Positions 25,801 to 36,111 are shown, counted from the stretch's first letter. The stretch: DNA of 38,051 nt from Choristocarpus tenellus KU-1152 (GCA_964200185.2 CAXNAD020000035.1:1-38051), one strand, 5' to 3'. Notes: generated by a model not told the origin, from the letters alone. Program-made: numbers and translations.

Positions 25801-28800
25801 TCTTTGACAATTAGGGTTAAGTATCTTGACGAATGAGCTGCACATACATCTTGAACATTAGATCAACCAAAATTTCAACCAGGAATACTATAGTCAAAGT
25901 AAACAAGAGCTATTCAGGTTCTGACTTTTTTTTTGCATTTTAAGCAGTTTTGCATTTTAAGCCGTTTTTGCATCTATTGCAATTCACCCATACAGTATTT
26001 ATATGCATGAACTTGTAACTTCTATTTGAGAGGGTTTATTTGTCTATCAATTGAAACTTTTCCAACACAATTCAGAAAACACTACGTAAAAATGAAATTT
26101 TATACCATTTTTTGTTGGTATCCTTAAAATGCAACTCTAGGTACCTTTCGCTTACTGTGACTATTACTTTTATTTTTTACACTAACAACTACATTAATAA
26201 CTCTCAGTCCTGCAAAGGAAAGTTGAGAGTGGAGGGCGACAAAGAGATATACATGCACAAAACATCAGCACAGGGTGCCATAGAAGTGATGGGGCAGGCA
26301 GGTACATGTGGCATATCAATCAAATAGTCATGCTTCCAAAGGAAAGCATGCATGTTAATAGGTTACATACAGGACATCAGTGCAGTTTTTACTCAAGAAA
26401 GATTTTCCTGTTCACCCCTTGGCATCCAAATCATAAACAAGAAACTCTTGACATTTCATTGTTAAAGTTATATTATGGTGATATTCCGGTAACTAGCTAC
26501 ATCTACAGTACACTTGACAGGACTTGACATGACTTCAAACATGGACAATCCTAATCTAACTCTGTGATACAGTGTTGCCATAGTTGAGATAGAAGGGGGA
26601 AGATAAGTCCAACATCATCAGGTGTCCAACGAATGAATGAATGAATGAATGAATGAATGAATGAATGAATGATCAAATGAGAGACAAAACACAACACAAC
26701 ATTAAAGTGCTCATCATAAATTAGGTAGAGTGATTGCAGTAATTGCATACATACACAACACAGTCAATGTGATGTGAGGTACTAATGGTGGAACTTGTAT
26801 CAACTAAAATGACCAGATCAATCCCACCTGCCATCATCGTCTCGGTGTACGAAATTTCCATGAAGGACCTCAGTGTCATCATCATCAATTCCAAGAAGCA
26901 GGCTGTCGTCCTGCATGTCAAAGAACCCTCCTTCACCCAGGTACCCCCCAGTCTCAACTGGTGACATGTCCTGTCAACAATGAAGAGTACAATCAACCAC
27001 AAAAATGATTGCACCAGCAAAGTAAAAGACATGCAACCTCAACAAAAAACAAACACGACCATAAAAACTCCGCTGCTTGGATTCTTATCCAATGTGATGT
27101 GATTTGATGTAGGGAGGAAAATCAATATTTTTGTACTAGTATCACTGGAAGAAACAAACATAAATGTGTAAGGCTTCTACTTTGGTAAGTATGGGTATGA
27201 ACTCCATGCAACAAGGTCTTGTCCTACTCAGGCAAAGGGACACTTCTCACTCAGGTCTTTACCTTCAATAATAGTCAGTAAACAAGACCTCTACATTTTA
27301 CTTTCATTAGTATAGTAATTGACAAGATTGTGCCTCCTGCTTCCACCACCAATAGCGAAAAACTCTCAACAACAAAGTAATCAAATTCTTACATTCAAAC
27401 ATGCTTATTACCCCTAATAATCTTCCAAAATCAACTCTTTGAAAAGAAGCTCTTTGTAGAGACCACCCATTCCACAAAAGACACTCTTTTAACCACCCTT
27501 TTAACCACCTCACTTCACGACTACTATTAAACATATAAAATAGTGTAGAAGGTGATGAACAACTAGGATGAACAACAAAAATGAGAGGAACAGTGAACTT
27601 TCTACTTGAATGGGAAAGAAAGGTCACATACAAAAGGATGAATCCACAACACAAGGCTGCTGTACATTTGTTCTGAACATGCCAGGATTATTACTGTTTT
27701 TAATATCATGTTGATCTCATAGAGCTAAGACCCTTCTTAAAAGTTGTAGTGTATAAAAAAAAATACAGTGAGAAAAAAAGAAGTCAAGATACTCCTTTTC
27801 AGGATATTCAAAATACTTGATACAGCAAAAAACCTGAGGATTTTTCATTAACCAGGAGCTTGAAATGTGAACAAGGATAAAAATTTCAAGATAAATCTGT
27901 ACTTGAGGATTGAAACACCTATTCTTGACTATGAGCAACAGACTGCAACCAATAGTTGTGCAGATGCAAAGGATGCTATCTTTCTCCAGTTATAAAATTT
28001 TCTATTGGCTGTGTGAAGATGAGATGAACGCTCTCGAAACAAAGGTAATGTCAGGTAATGTCAGCCAAGACATGTTGTATCATACATCACAGTACAGTGC
28101 AAATTATCAACAAATTTACACACAACAATAAAAGAATTGAACACCACATTCCTAATATACCTCTCTCACCCCCAACTTTTAGCCCCAATAAATCCAAGGA
28201 AAAAAATGTAATGGTAATTTGTACAACACCAATAACTAGAAGATAGTCTAGTCTACCATCAGAGCACAATCCTATCCATCCTTTCCTCACCTCAGGGTCA
28301 GTCAACTCTCCAGACATGGACCGTTGAGCAGGTAATGATTTTCTGTTTGATGAGGTGGTCCCTTTCATGGTGGTGGTCAGATGGTGCCTGATTGAGACAA
28401 ATTCCCTGTCTGTTCCACCTCCCCTGCACAATCCAGGTAAGGTGAACATCTTAGGGTGATTTTCAATTATTAACCAGAAGCATGTACGACTCAGCACAGG
28501 GAGGGTAACAATGTGTATCAACTAACATATAAAATGACTGCAACACTGTCTTAAGTGAGTACTAAGATTATTGTCCCATCATGATACAAAGGACTTGACT
28601 GACTGAATGGGGCAAGTTATGGAATGGAATGATGTAGGGTATGAGTCACTGGCGTGTGCATGTGATGGGAGATACACCTTGTGCATTATACATACACAGA
28701 CTACAGCAATACAAAAATTCAAACCTGGAAGGCATTGTAGTGTTGTTGTGTTGTTGACACACTTCAACTTCAACTTTCATACATTTTCTCTATATGATGA

Positions 28801-31800
28801 CACTCATCAGAAGAGCCACCAAACTGGCACGAAGTTCATTTTGAACTCCATAGTGCCAAAATGTTCAGCATGCAGTTCTAATACATACGCAAATCTTTCA
28901 AATGTAATCCAAATGCCAATAACCTATCTCAACATAGATATCTCATGTACAAACTCAGAAAAGTAACATGCTATGGACAATAACTGAATCGGTGCTTCAA
29001 GAAGCAAACCATTTCCTTCACAGTACCACAGCAGTGTGTCAAAAAGTCAACACATATACTTCCAAGCTTACTCCTATCAATGTCACTTCTTTTGAGCTTA
29101 ACCCTAATACCTCCAGTCAAGACAGCATAATCTATGTAATCTTGACTTTTATTTTTTGACCAAGGCCATCCTTCAATCACACCATCCTAGTATTACCCTC
29201 TGGAAGCACTTCAGTAAACCCACCAAGTTACTTCACCCATAACATTGATACATATCAAAAAACACATAGTTGTGTGACAGGTATTATTATCATAATAGAA
29301 GTACATCCCTCTACATGAGGTACATGAGGAAAATGGTATCAGAGGAATAGGATCAAAAAGAAGTGTTCCACACTACTACAATTAGAATAATTAATAATTA
29401 GTGCACAAGTGCATGTCCTTCATTCATCCAAATTATAGTGCCTCCAAACTCAGAGAGTACCATTTCCTTCTGTATCATTGGCAGTGGGAACCAAAACATT
29501 GCTCAAGACCCTTCAGAGTTTCATTGTTTCGTTGAATCAAATACAATCTATTGTTCACCAACTCAATGGGTTAATTTCTCAATAAGGGCAAAGGCACAAA
29601 ACTACTGTCTATCTAACTGTCTATATATATATATAAATATTCTTCAAGCAGGTAAGCATTCAATCTCACTCAATGTCTCATTCCTTAAACATTAATTTAT
29701 AACAAGAGTGCCAATTATTATTGTCAGCAACAAGGATAGTGTCCAGTTCAAACTACTACAGTTTGTATTTTGAAGACTAATTTATTAATGCATATTCAAG
29801 ATTAGGTAACTAGTTTTTGGTAAAAACAATGGTCACATTAATTCAATTATCAACCTAGATATAATTACTGTTGTGAACCAAAACAATTGATGACTATTTA
29901 AAATCAACTGTAGATAAGTTTTGATTTAAATTGATTTATCAAATTGAACTAACTCTTGGTGCTGGAGGTAGGGGGGAAAACAATGTTTCCAAGTGGTGAC
30001 TGCTGCCAAGGAAAAACTCCAAAATTGCCTCTACAAGTCTGACTCAGTATGCAGATCCAAAGACACAATGAAATGTGTACTAAATGTGTAGTGAGTTGTG
30101 GATATTAAGTGATGTCACACCTTGCGATGAATATGTGGTTCTTTGACCTGTGACAGGTTAATAATAAAAATAAATAAATGTCAAAAATAAAATAAAATGA
30201 GACTTTTCATCCATCACTCAAAGACATTCCCACAAAGTATATACTGGACAAGGTAAGTGCCAACGTACCCGGAGAGTGAATACTGAGAATGAAGCAGTCC
30301 GGTACTTTCCCCCCCAGTTCCTCTTTAAAATCTTTGCAATTCATTGAATACAACCAAATACAATTGTTGCTGACTCACAACTACAGGTGATACCATACAT
30401 AGTGCACGGGATGGCAAGTGGATAACTTGAAGATACTTCTTAATTATAAAAGGACTGACATTGATTCTACACCAAGTAATACCTTTCTTCTAAGTACTAT
30501 GTATATTATTATCCTGATACATAGTTTATACCTACATTAACATGTCTATGTTCAAATTCAAGAGTACCATGATATCGTTGTGGTTATATGGGATTATGTT
30601 TTCATATGCTCAGCTTGAAAAATGTTACAACTATGCTTAGCAGGTTCACTCATTTGTTTCCATGTTACAGCCAAGTCCAAGTGCAATCTGACCAAAGACC
30701 TGCAATGTCTACACAAACTAAACTATCAAATGTACATTGGAATATAACATAATAGAATAGAATGGCAAGATCAGTGTCACATATAGGGGTGCTCATGAAG
30801 TGATGATTGAGACCTGTACACACTACCATTTCCAGTAATGATAACAGTATTGATAACACAAACCACATGGACATCTTCTTAGATATTGTCTGTCACCCAC
30901 ACCACCACACACCTCTCATTCCTTTGAGATGATACTTTGGACAATGTGCTTGACGATCCTGCATATGCCTCTTGCAGAAGCTTTTCCAAAGCCTTCTGGC
31001 ACTGGGCAGCATTATCAAGAAAATGATCCCTGACAGAGTGATAAACAACCACAAGAACATTGTTATTCCACAAACTATTCAGGGACTACCCGTTACCTGA
31101 TCACCAATTGAAAGTCCTTCTACCAAGGTAAACCACACTACAGAATACATCATGTGATTCTCCTTTCCAGCATCTATAATTAAAGTACACCCACTTTTGA
31201 CTGTTGAAGCAAGCTTGCAGAGGCTCATCCCCGTCATGTTGCAGGTCCTGTAGGTAGGCAATGGCATCTATCTGTTCATCTAGACTCACACTAGGACTGC
31301 GGAGGATGTCCATCAGTTGAGCACAGGCCCTTTTCCCCACTGCTTTTGACTCAATGCGCACCTAAGATAGACAAAAAGACAAGACATACACACATTATCA
31401 ACCAACTTAGACAATTATCAACAGGCGAGATACGTACCAAAAATAACAGTCCGTGGTGTTTCAGTGTTGCTTACTAGTATTGATTCATACCCTACACCAA
31501 AAAACTCTTCGGTGCAATGTGAACCTACTAGATCCTAACCAAATTTCGGCATTGCAGACTTGAAGTTGCATTGCCAATGATACACAAAGTAATAGTTTAA
31601 TATGCTGGGAATTTTGGAGCTCATTTAACACTGTAATGCACTGCAATAAGGGAAACATCCTCTGTGAAACAATCTTCCTCCACAGTTTACCTACAATATG
31701 GATAATTATTCCATGCATAGTAATTATTAGTGGTATGGGGACACTAACTGGATCCAAGTGAAAATCATGATAGAAAAGATGGGGGGATGACACAAAGACA

Positions 31801-34800
31801 GGTGAGTGCACCACAACAAAAATAATACAAGGGATTGGGCCATATCCTCCTTACCTGGCTCAGAATTGAAGAGCTGTAGGTGGTGTGTGCTTTCTTGTAG
31901 AGTTTAACTAGATCAGTATACCTCCCCTCCACCATACAAGTGGACATCTCTTTTGGTATGTCAAGGATTGATCCTTGCTCAGTAAGAAGGTGTTGTGCAG
32001 CACGCACCTGAATAACAAAATAATAAAATAATGTGTCATATCAGAGAATCAAAACTGTCATTGGCAAATCATTGTCAGCTTCCAAAAGACCTGGTGTACC
32101 CTAACCCTAACCCTAAGATAGTTCATGCACCAAAAAATAACTGGCAAAACAAACTTCACCGTTATGTTCACACAGAATAGTTAAAAGGTAGATATATACT
32201 ATCAGAATCCTTACCAACCTGTTTGATTTTCTCAAGTTTTCGCAAGAGTTGGCTGAAATTTTTTCCAGCCTCAGTTTTTGCGTCCTCCATAAGACGTGTC
32301 AATTCCTTGAGATGACTTTTTGCTGCAGGTTCACTGCCCCCTCTTGTCCCACCCATACCCCTTTCATCCTTTAGCTTTTTGTCCTCAGCTTCTCGTTCTG
32401 CCTTCAGCTGCATGCGTAACTGTGCCAGGCTTGTTAGGCGTGTCTCGGGGACATTATTTGGCTGGAAAAAGAAATGGCCAAAATCATGACTGTTGGTTGG
32501 CTACACAGTTTGCTCAACAGTACACTATCAGAGTGCATCCTTTCTTATGACTGGTAAGTTTCTAACTCCAGGCCAAGGTTCAATATACTGTACTCATGGA
32601 ATGAAGAGATTGGGACATTGCGAATAGCACATGACTACACAACATCGAAAGGTGTACACAACTATTTTGTCAAGGAATGCTGGGCCTTCAACAGCAAGCA
32701 ACTACCAACATGCCCTGTGCATCAAACACAGAATAATGTTGGTAACACCTCTTATGCAAATTAGAGTTACATCTTGCCTTCTCTTTTGTGTTTGAGAGTT
32801 CAATGCCAATCTGGTTGGCGTACTTCTCAATGCTGTCAGCACAGCGGACAAAGCTGTCAAAGTTATCCCGTACCAAACTTTGCAATTCGCTTGCCTGTGG
32901 AGCAATCAGTTAGGCACAGGAGGAGCACATATCTCATTCAGACTATTAAGATTCAAATCAAGATTGTTAACTATAACTGCAACTAGCAGTCCAGTCTCAC
33001 AACCTTACAGATATCTTCTGACCTGGTTTGCTTTAGCACTCTGGAGACGTTCTAGTCCATCTCGAATGTCATTGAAGGAAGCCGTAGCATGGATGATAGT
33101 CATGAATAATGCTGGGTCGAAATTGTCTGTGATTGGAACAACTGACCCGCTGTCCATGTGTTGAAAGGAGAAGGGAAAAAGCAACAACAGGTGAGAGTGG
33201 CCTGAAAACTTATTCTTGTCTTCTAACCCCAGCATCTGCCTTGAAGTAAGTCATAGTCACATGGAGCAGATTTGAGGACGTTTCAGTAAACAAGTCAAAT
33301 CATGCTGGAACAATAATTATACTCTTTGTGTCTTCAGACAGAAACTGGACGCAAGAAAGGTGGCAACACCAGCGCACCTAAGCTTAGGTGTGTCCAGCTT
33401 TGTCTCCTGGTTTGTGGAAGAGTCCCTTCTAGAAGAGTCACGATCTCCCCCATTGCCCCTAAGCTGTCGCTGTACACGATCTTTTCCGCTTTGCATTCGC
33501 TTGAGGAGCTTGAGACGATCTCTCTGTCCCACAAGGGCACGCTTCTTGGCTTGTATTGTTCCAGGCCCTTCACTATCACCTCCGTCCCCTTCCTAACGTA
33601 CATTTTATTTGACATAGACCAATCAGTATGCTTGCCTTAGATGCTCACTCAAACAGACAATAATAGGACCAACAAAAGGGGGACACATCAACCATCTCTA
33701 CAAAGGTTCTCAGTGCAATGCTGGCAAAAAAATACAGGTAAGCACATGCGAGCAGAGCTCCATCTGGCACCACCACTCACTGCTACAGCCATGGTGTCAT
33801 CTTCTGCCAGAGCTTTCTGATATACTCTCAAGTCCACATGCTTCAGCCCCAGTGGGTCTGCCACCGGCTGGTCCGCCCGAGCAGCTGTCACAGCACGAGA
33901 ATTCAAGATAACACCAAATGGTGAGGGCCTCAAACTACTGCAATAACCTGCTGCTCAATAACAGACCCATCCACCAAGTCAACATGGCCCAGAAAAGTAT
34001 GACTCATCGACTAGGTGTATTTTGCTGAGATAAAACACAGTCATCATATACACGGTGTCATGGTTATTATTCGAGTACACATGATACACGACAGCATTTC
34101 AATGCATCTCACCTATATCAACAGGCACAACAGGGCTTGAACGATCATTGAATATATTGAACTGCTCCTGGTCCACCTGTGGCAGTAGGTATCCCGGTGA
34201 CCAAGGTACCACAAAATGTACAAGGGGTGGGTGTGTGGCCTAGAGTTAAGATGGCACCTTATTTAAAATCTGAATAACTGATGGAAAATTGGACAAAGTG
34301 AGTCGGAGATTAAGGACTGCAATATTTCTCATGTTCACAAAAGTGTCAAAACTTTGTCAGGTGAACCAAATGGTTAAAGGTGCAAAAACCAAAAATGTCA
34401 AGGTGAATGAGCAGACCTTCGCAAAGAATATGCATAATGATATATACCTCTCCCCATGTTAGAGGTACATCCTCACTGTTGAATTCATCCATATCATCAT
34501 CAGTAGCGGTGCCATCCCCAGTGCCATCGTCCTCATTATCAGATTCTCCTGTGATATTATTGCTGGTCCTGTGGCCCCGCCCTGCAACACTACGCATGGT
34601 GAGATGGTGTTTGTCCTGTTTCCCAAATGCTGTCTGCTTGAGCCAGTTCATAAAAATCTGTGTTGTGAAAGAACGGTGGGGGGGAGGGGATGTCCTGTCA
34701 AAAAAGGCATAGTTATCCTCAAGCAATAAACTATAAAAGCATCAACCTCAACACGGACCTCATATCCGTGTTCAGCCATGAGCATAATTTGGGTTGATAT

Positions 34801-35762
34801 TACTTCTGACCTTCCTGGCCTTTTCATCAAGCAAAATATCCTCTAGGGACACGTCCTCAGGCTCGCCAGCATCATTGCGGTGATGCTGTAGAACAAGGCT
34901 AATCAGCTCGCATGCATCCTTGCTCTTCCCACCGCGAGATGCTGCTCTTGAACCTCCCTGAGATGGGAGGATATGCAGGTCCAGCTTCATCTTCTGCAAA
35001 TCCTCCACAGCCACCTGAGGTTGTACAAATTGAGAGGTAGTACCTCAGCATAATCCAAGGTCCGAGTAGGTGCAAAAGAGTTCCAATCTTACAGAGAATA
35101 TACTCCCACGATCTGCGACGAGAAGAGGATGCGAGGAGAGTGGGCATGCTTACCTGTACGAATCTAGCCAGGAAAATATTCTCCTCACCCGATGAGTCCT
35201 GCAGTGACACCAGCCACTTAATTGTAGATATTGCATAAGCAGCAGTTCTGACAAAGTACAATAGAAAGATGTATCAATATAGTATAGATCAGGTTGACCG
35301 TCATACCTTGATTACAGTGGAGGTTCCATCTAGCATATATCCTAGCTATTGCCTTGAATGCTAACCTTTTGAGGGCTCCGTGGGTTCCTGTTGAGCTCTC
35401 TCCGCACCACTGTAGGAGACCCAACGTGTACCCATCTCCAAGCAGCATTGTGTCAACATCGTCATCGTAAAATTCCAACCCTTGCTTCTCGACAAAAGTC
35501 CTGAAGGTTTTTATTGCCTTTTCTCTTCCAGCACATACAAAAGGTAGACGAGTTTATGCAAATGACTATTAAATCAAATCGAAACAATGAGGGCAGAGTC
35601 TTTCTCCTCACTCCATTTCACGGGTGTCCCAAAAAATATTGTGTATTATGTATAGTCTTCCACTTCACCAACTATATCATACCTAGCATTATTCTTTGAC
35701 GCATTCAAACCGGCAACAAAACGCTGTATCTCTCTCCCTGCATCCTCGGGGCTGACCGGCAT
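12503..35762 (-). CDS. SEC5: Exocyst complex component 2 (Sec5/EXOC2), spliced gene, 33 predicted exons, ~1628 aa
   Basis: Manual exon chaining on the - strand with splice phases matching at all 32 junctions; total 4887 nt = 1629 codons ending in TGA at 12503. Sec5-like motifs occur in the expected order: DPLGL; NFDPALFMTIIHATASFNDIRDGLERL; LQSLVRDNFDSFVRCADSI; ILDIPKEMSTCMVEGRYTDLVKLYKKA; ESW..TTLPFKF; HQLMCQIGNC; KVMSKYLRRK; LPSYLVKVLLSLVKARLE; VEFLREALFRY. Family recognised from memory, no search run; some boundaries in low-complexity parts are uncertain. Confidence 0.88.
12994..13133 (-). CDS. SEC5: Sec5 exon 32
   Basis: VEFLREALFRYLPSATLERVDRVIKRLQAG...; donor AG|GTAAGC; phase 0-2. Confidence 0.82.
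13572..13685 (-). CDS. SEC5: Sec5 exon 31
   Basis: VMDIVCDCANARVVGKG...EQAEKIAQ; GAG acceptor after a T-rich tract, donor CAG|GTAAAA. Confidence 0.72.
14192..14296 (-). CDS. SEC5: Sec5 exon 30
   Basis: EALSSLLYRKAGLYDGKQRKDVLYSDYVLRESARQ; phase 0-0. Confidence 0.78.
14381..14569. repeat. Long inverted repeat / hairpin within Sec5 intron 29
   Basis: 14381-14450 is a near-perfect reverse complement of 14482-14569 apart from a 19-nt insert (14530-14548); ~30-nt A-rich loop. Confidence 0.9.
14628..14837 (-). CDS. SEC5: Sec5 exon 29
   Basis: ASMLATNADQ...SLPSYLVKVLLSLVKARLEAQ; 210 nt, phase 0-0. Confidence 0.82.
15129..15204 (-). CDS. SEC5: Sec5 exon 28
   Basis: TSLRLKQANRSNRLAVTSVATVARQ; donor CAG|GTAAGA; phase 2-0. 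Confidence 0.7.
17106..17204 (-). CDS. SEC5: Sec5 exon 27
   Basis: DSADINRPEPEK...TTIARQ; donor AG|GTGAGA; phase 2-2. Confidence 0.7.
17514..17659 (-). CDS. SEC5: Sec5 exon 26
   Basis: VMSKYLRRKYRELKLYIKNGWWG...PLNH; GC donor CAG|GCAAGT gives the required phase 2. Confidence 0.78.
17930..18031 (-). CDS. SEC5: Sec5 exon 25
   Basis: VVLPELWDMAVAMFDASRRGVTSDKEKTKTVQSK; phase 0-0. Confidence 0.75.
19453..19620 (-). CDS. SEC5: Sec5 exon 24
   Basis: VLSTRAYE...SADHQLMCQIGNCLQLDM; GTAAGT donor; 168 nt. Confidence 0.82.
19825..19854. repeat. (AT)15 microsatellite, intronic
   Basis: Direct read. Confidence 0.95.
20077..20166 (-). CDS. SEC5: Sec5 exon 23
   Basis: VDLLPRAEWSAAEVTHGLGDAVQAFLDCLL; GTAAGT donor; 90 nt. 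Confidence 0.82.
20466..20642 (-). CDS. SEC5: Sec5 exon 22
   Basis: LVKEAQALYVQ...LADAESWIPP...TTLPFKFLSLSQQRMQDL; GTGAGT donor. Confidence 0.85.
21652..21769 (-). CDS. SEC5: Sec5 exon 21
   Basis: YLRRAFSALAHLYDSLSETLGG...LRSLEK; donor AAG|GTGAGC; phase 2-0. Confidence 0.8.
22275..22474 (-). CDS. SEC5: Sec5 exon 20
   Basis: AIQSETTN...HLDKPLDP; phase 0-2. Confidence 0.72.
22599..22751 (-). CDS. SEC5: Sec5 exon 19
   Basis: ESSLQESEDS...DLTKLLEGWITSTTVNLRAAIVGNDS; T-rich CAG acceptor, GTGAGT donor. Confidence 0.78.
22935..23156 (-). CDS. SEC5: Sec5 exon 18
   Basis: EQAKGGADGQ...GGTTSMQD; donor GTGAGT; 222 nt open in phase 0. Confidence 0.72.
25005..25154. repeat. Minisatellite, ~4 copies of a ~38-42-bp unit (CCTAACACAA..TCTTAATCT.AATCTTGA.CTT.GAC.A)
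   Basis: Four successive units visible by eye. Confidence 0.85.
25524..25734 (-). CDS. SEC5: Sec5 exon 17
   Basis: SEPGAST...ARLQHVSNLAWCLGSWLPHIISLSVLLIRQ; donor CAG|GTGAGA; phase 2-0. Confidence 0.8.
26631..26670. repeat. (GAAT)10 microsatellite, intronic
   Basis: Direct read. Confidence 0.95.
26828..26970 (-). CDS. SEC5: Sec5 exon 16
   Basis: DMSPVETGGYLGEGGFFDMQDDSLLLGIDDDD...RDDDG; phase 0-2. Confidence 0.75.
28291..28423 (-). CDS. SEC5: Sec5 exon 15
   Basis: GGTDREFVSIRHH...GELTDPE; donor GAG|GTGAGG; phase 2-0. Confidence 0.68.
30913..31029 (-). CDS. SEC5: Sec5 exon 14
   Basis: DHFLDNAAQCQKALEKLLQEAYAG...RNE; phase 2-2 (alternative donor after 30936). Confidence 0.72.
31195..31361 (-). 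CDS. SEC5: Sec5 exon 13
   Basis: VRIESKAVGK...EQIDAIAYLQDLQHDGDEPLQACFNSQ; phase 0-2. Confidence 0.83.
31855..32007 (-). CDS. SEC5: Sec5 exon 12
   Basis: VRAAQHLLTEQGSILDIPKEMSTCMVEGRYTDLVKLYKKAH...; donor CAG|GTAAGG. Confidence 0.88.
32099..32116. repeat. (CCCTAA)3 interstitial telomere-type repeat in Sec5 intron 11
   Basis: Three perfect CCCTAA units. Confidence 0.8.
32219..32461 (-). CDS. SEC5: Sec5 exon 11
   Basis: PNNVPETRL...FSQLLRKLEKIKQ; strong polypyrimidine-CAG acceptor; 243 nt. Confidence 0.82.
32778..32894 (-). CDS. SEC5: Sec5 exon 10
   Basis: ASELQSLVRDNFDSFVRCADSIEKYANQIGIELSNTKEK; needs a GC donor (AAG|GCAAGA) for phase 0. Confidence 0.85.
33023..33149 (-). CDS. SEC5: Sec5 exon 9 (Sec5/Vps51-type N-terminal motif)
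   Basis: GSVVPITDNFDPALFMTIIHATASFNDIRDGLERLQSAKANQ; phase 2-0. Confidence 0.88.
33378..33592 (-). CDS. SEC5: Sec5 exon 8
   Basis: EGDGGDSEG...RDRLKLLKRMQSGK...DTPKL; phase 0-2. Confidence 0.75.
33781..33884 (-). CDS. SEC5: Sec5 exon 7 (DPLGL motif)
   Basis: ARADQPVADPLGLKHVDLRVYQKALAEDDTMAVA; donor GTGAGT; phase 1-0. Confidence 0.78.
34113..34176 (-). CDS. SEC5: Sec5 exon 6
   Basis: VDQEQFNIFNDRSSPVVPVDI; CAG acceptor, G|GTGAG donor, phase 0-1. Confidence 0.7.
34448..34657 (-). CDS. SEC5: Sec5 exon 5
   Basis: IFMNWLKQ...acidic tract...PLTWGE; phase 0-0, 210 nt. Confidence 0.75.
34811..35014 (-). CDS. SEC5: Sec5 exon 4
   Basis: VAVEDLQKMKLD...LEDILLDEKARK; phase 0-0, 204 nt. Confidence 0.75.
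35154..35247 (-). CDS. SEC5: Sec5 exon 3
   Basis: TAAYAISTIKWLVSLQDSSGEENIFLARFVQ; donor CAG|GTAAGC. Confidence 0.65.
35366..35500 (-). CDS. SEC5: Sec5 exon 2
   Basis: CAG acceptor; TFVEKQGLEFYDDDVDTMLLGDG...HGALK; donor AAG|GTTAGC chosen for phase 2. Confidence 0.65.
35683..35762 (-). CDS. SEC5: Sec5 exon 1 (start codon)
   Basis: ATG at 35762; MPVSPEDAGREIQRFVAGLNASKNNA; donor AG|GTATGA, phase 2, matches next acceptor; CpG-rich. Confidence 0.7.
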
Positions 35763-36111
35763 CACCGCCGTTTATGCGAACACTGCTCCGATCCTCAACG
35801 TGTTCAAAGTATTGTGGAGGTTGGGAAATGAACTTTAAGGAATGTACCACTGTAGCGCTCTGTGGCGCTACGAAGTGAAGGGTAGCAGTTTTGTGGGAGA
35901 ATATGGTGTGTGCATCAGATTGTGGATTATTTTTGGTTGGAAAAATCACACAGCTGTTAGTACTAGCAGTAGTAATAGAGTATGTAGTATGGAAAGAACG
36001 TTAGGAGTGATTCAAGGGTGACATCATGCTTTATTTTGACAAAAAACTCAGTATAATGTTAACAGTCACTTTATGATAGCATCACAGGTCTTGATTAATT
36101 TTGAGGTGATG

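Noticed and set aside
29745-29925. Degenerate inverted repeat (old MITE?)
   Set aside because: Only ~30 nt of gapped similarity in very AT-rich DNA; could be chance.
32688-33235. Assignment as Vps51, Exo84 or COG1 instead of Sec5
   Set aside because: These share the N-terminal motif, but DPLGL, LVRDNFDSFVRC, LDIP..M...GRY..LV..YKKA and the C-terminal blocks fit Sec5 better.
35307-35365. Extending exon 2 to the donor CAAG|GTATGA at 35306
   Set aside because: Gives phase 1, incompatible with exon 3 ending at its strong CAG|GTAAG donor; the donor at 35365 resolves the frame. Not fully excluded without cDNA.
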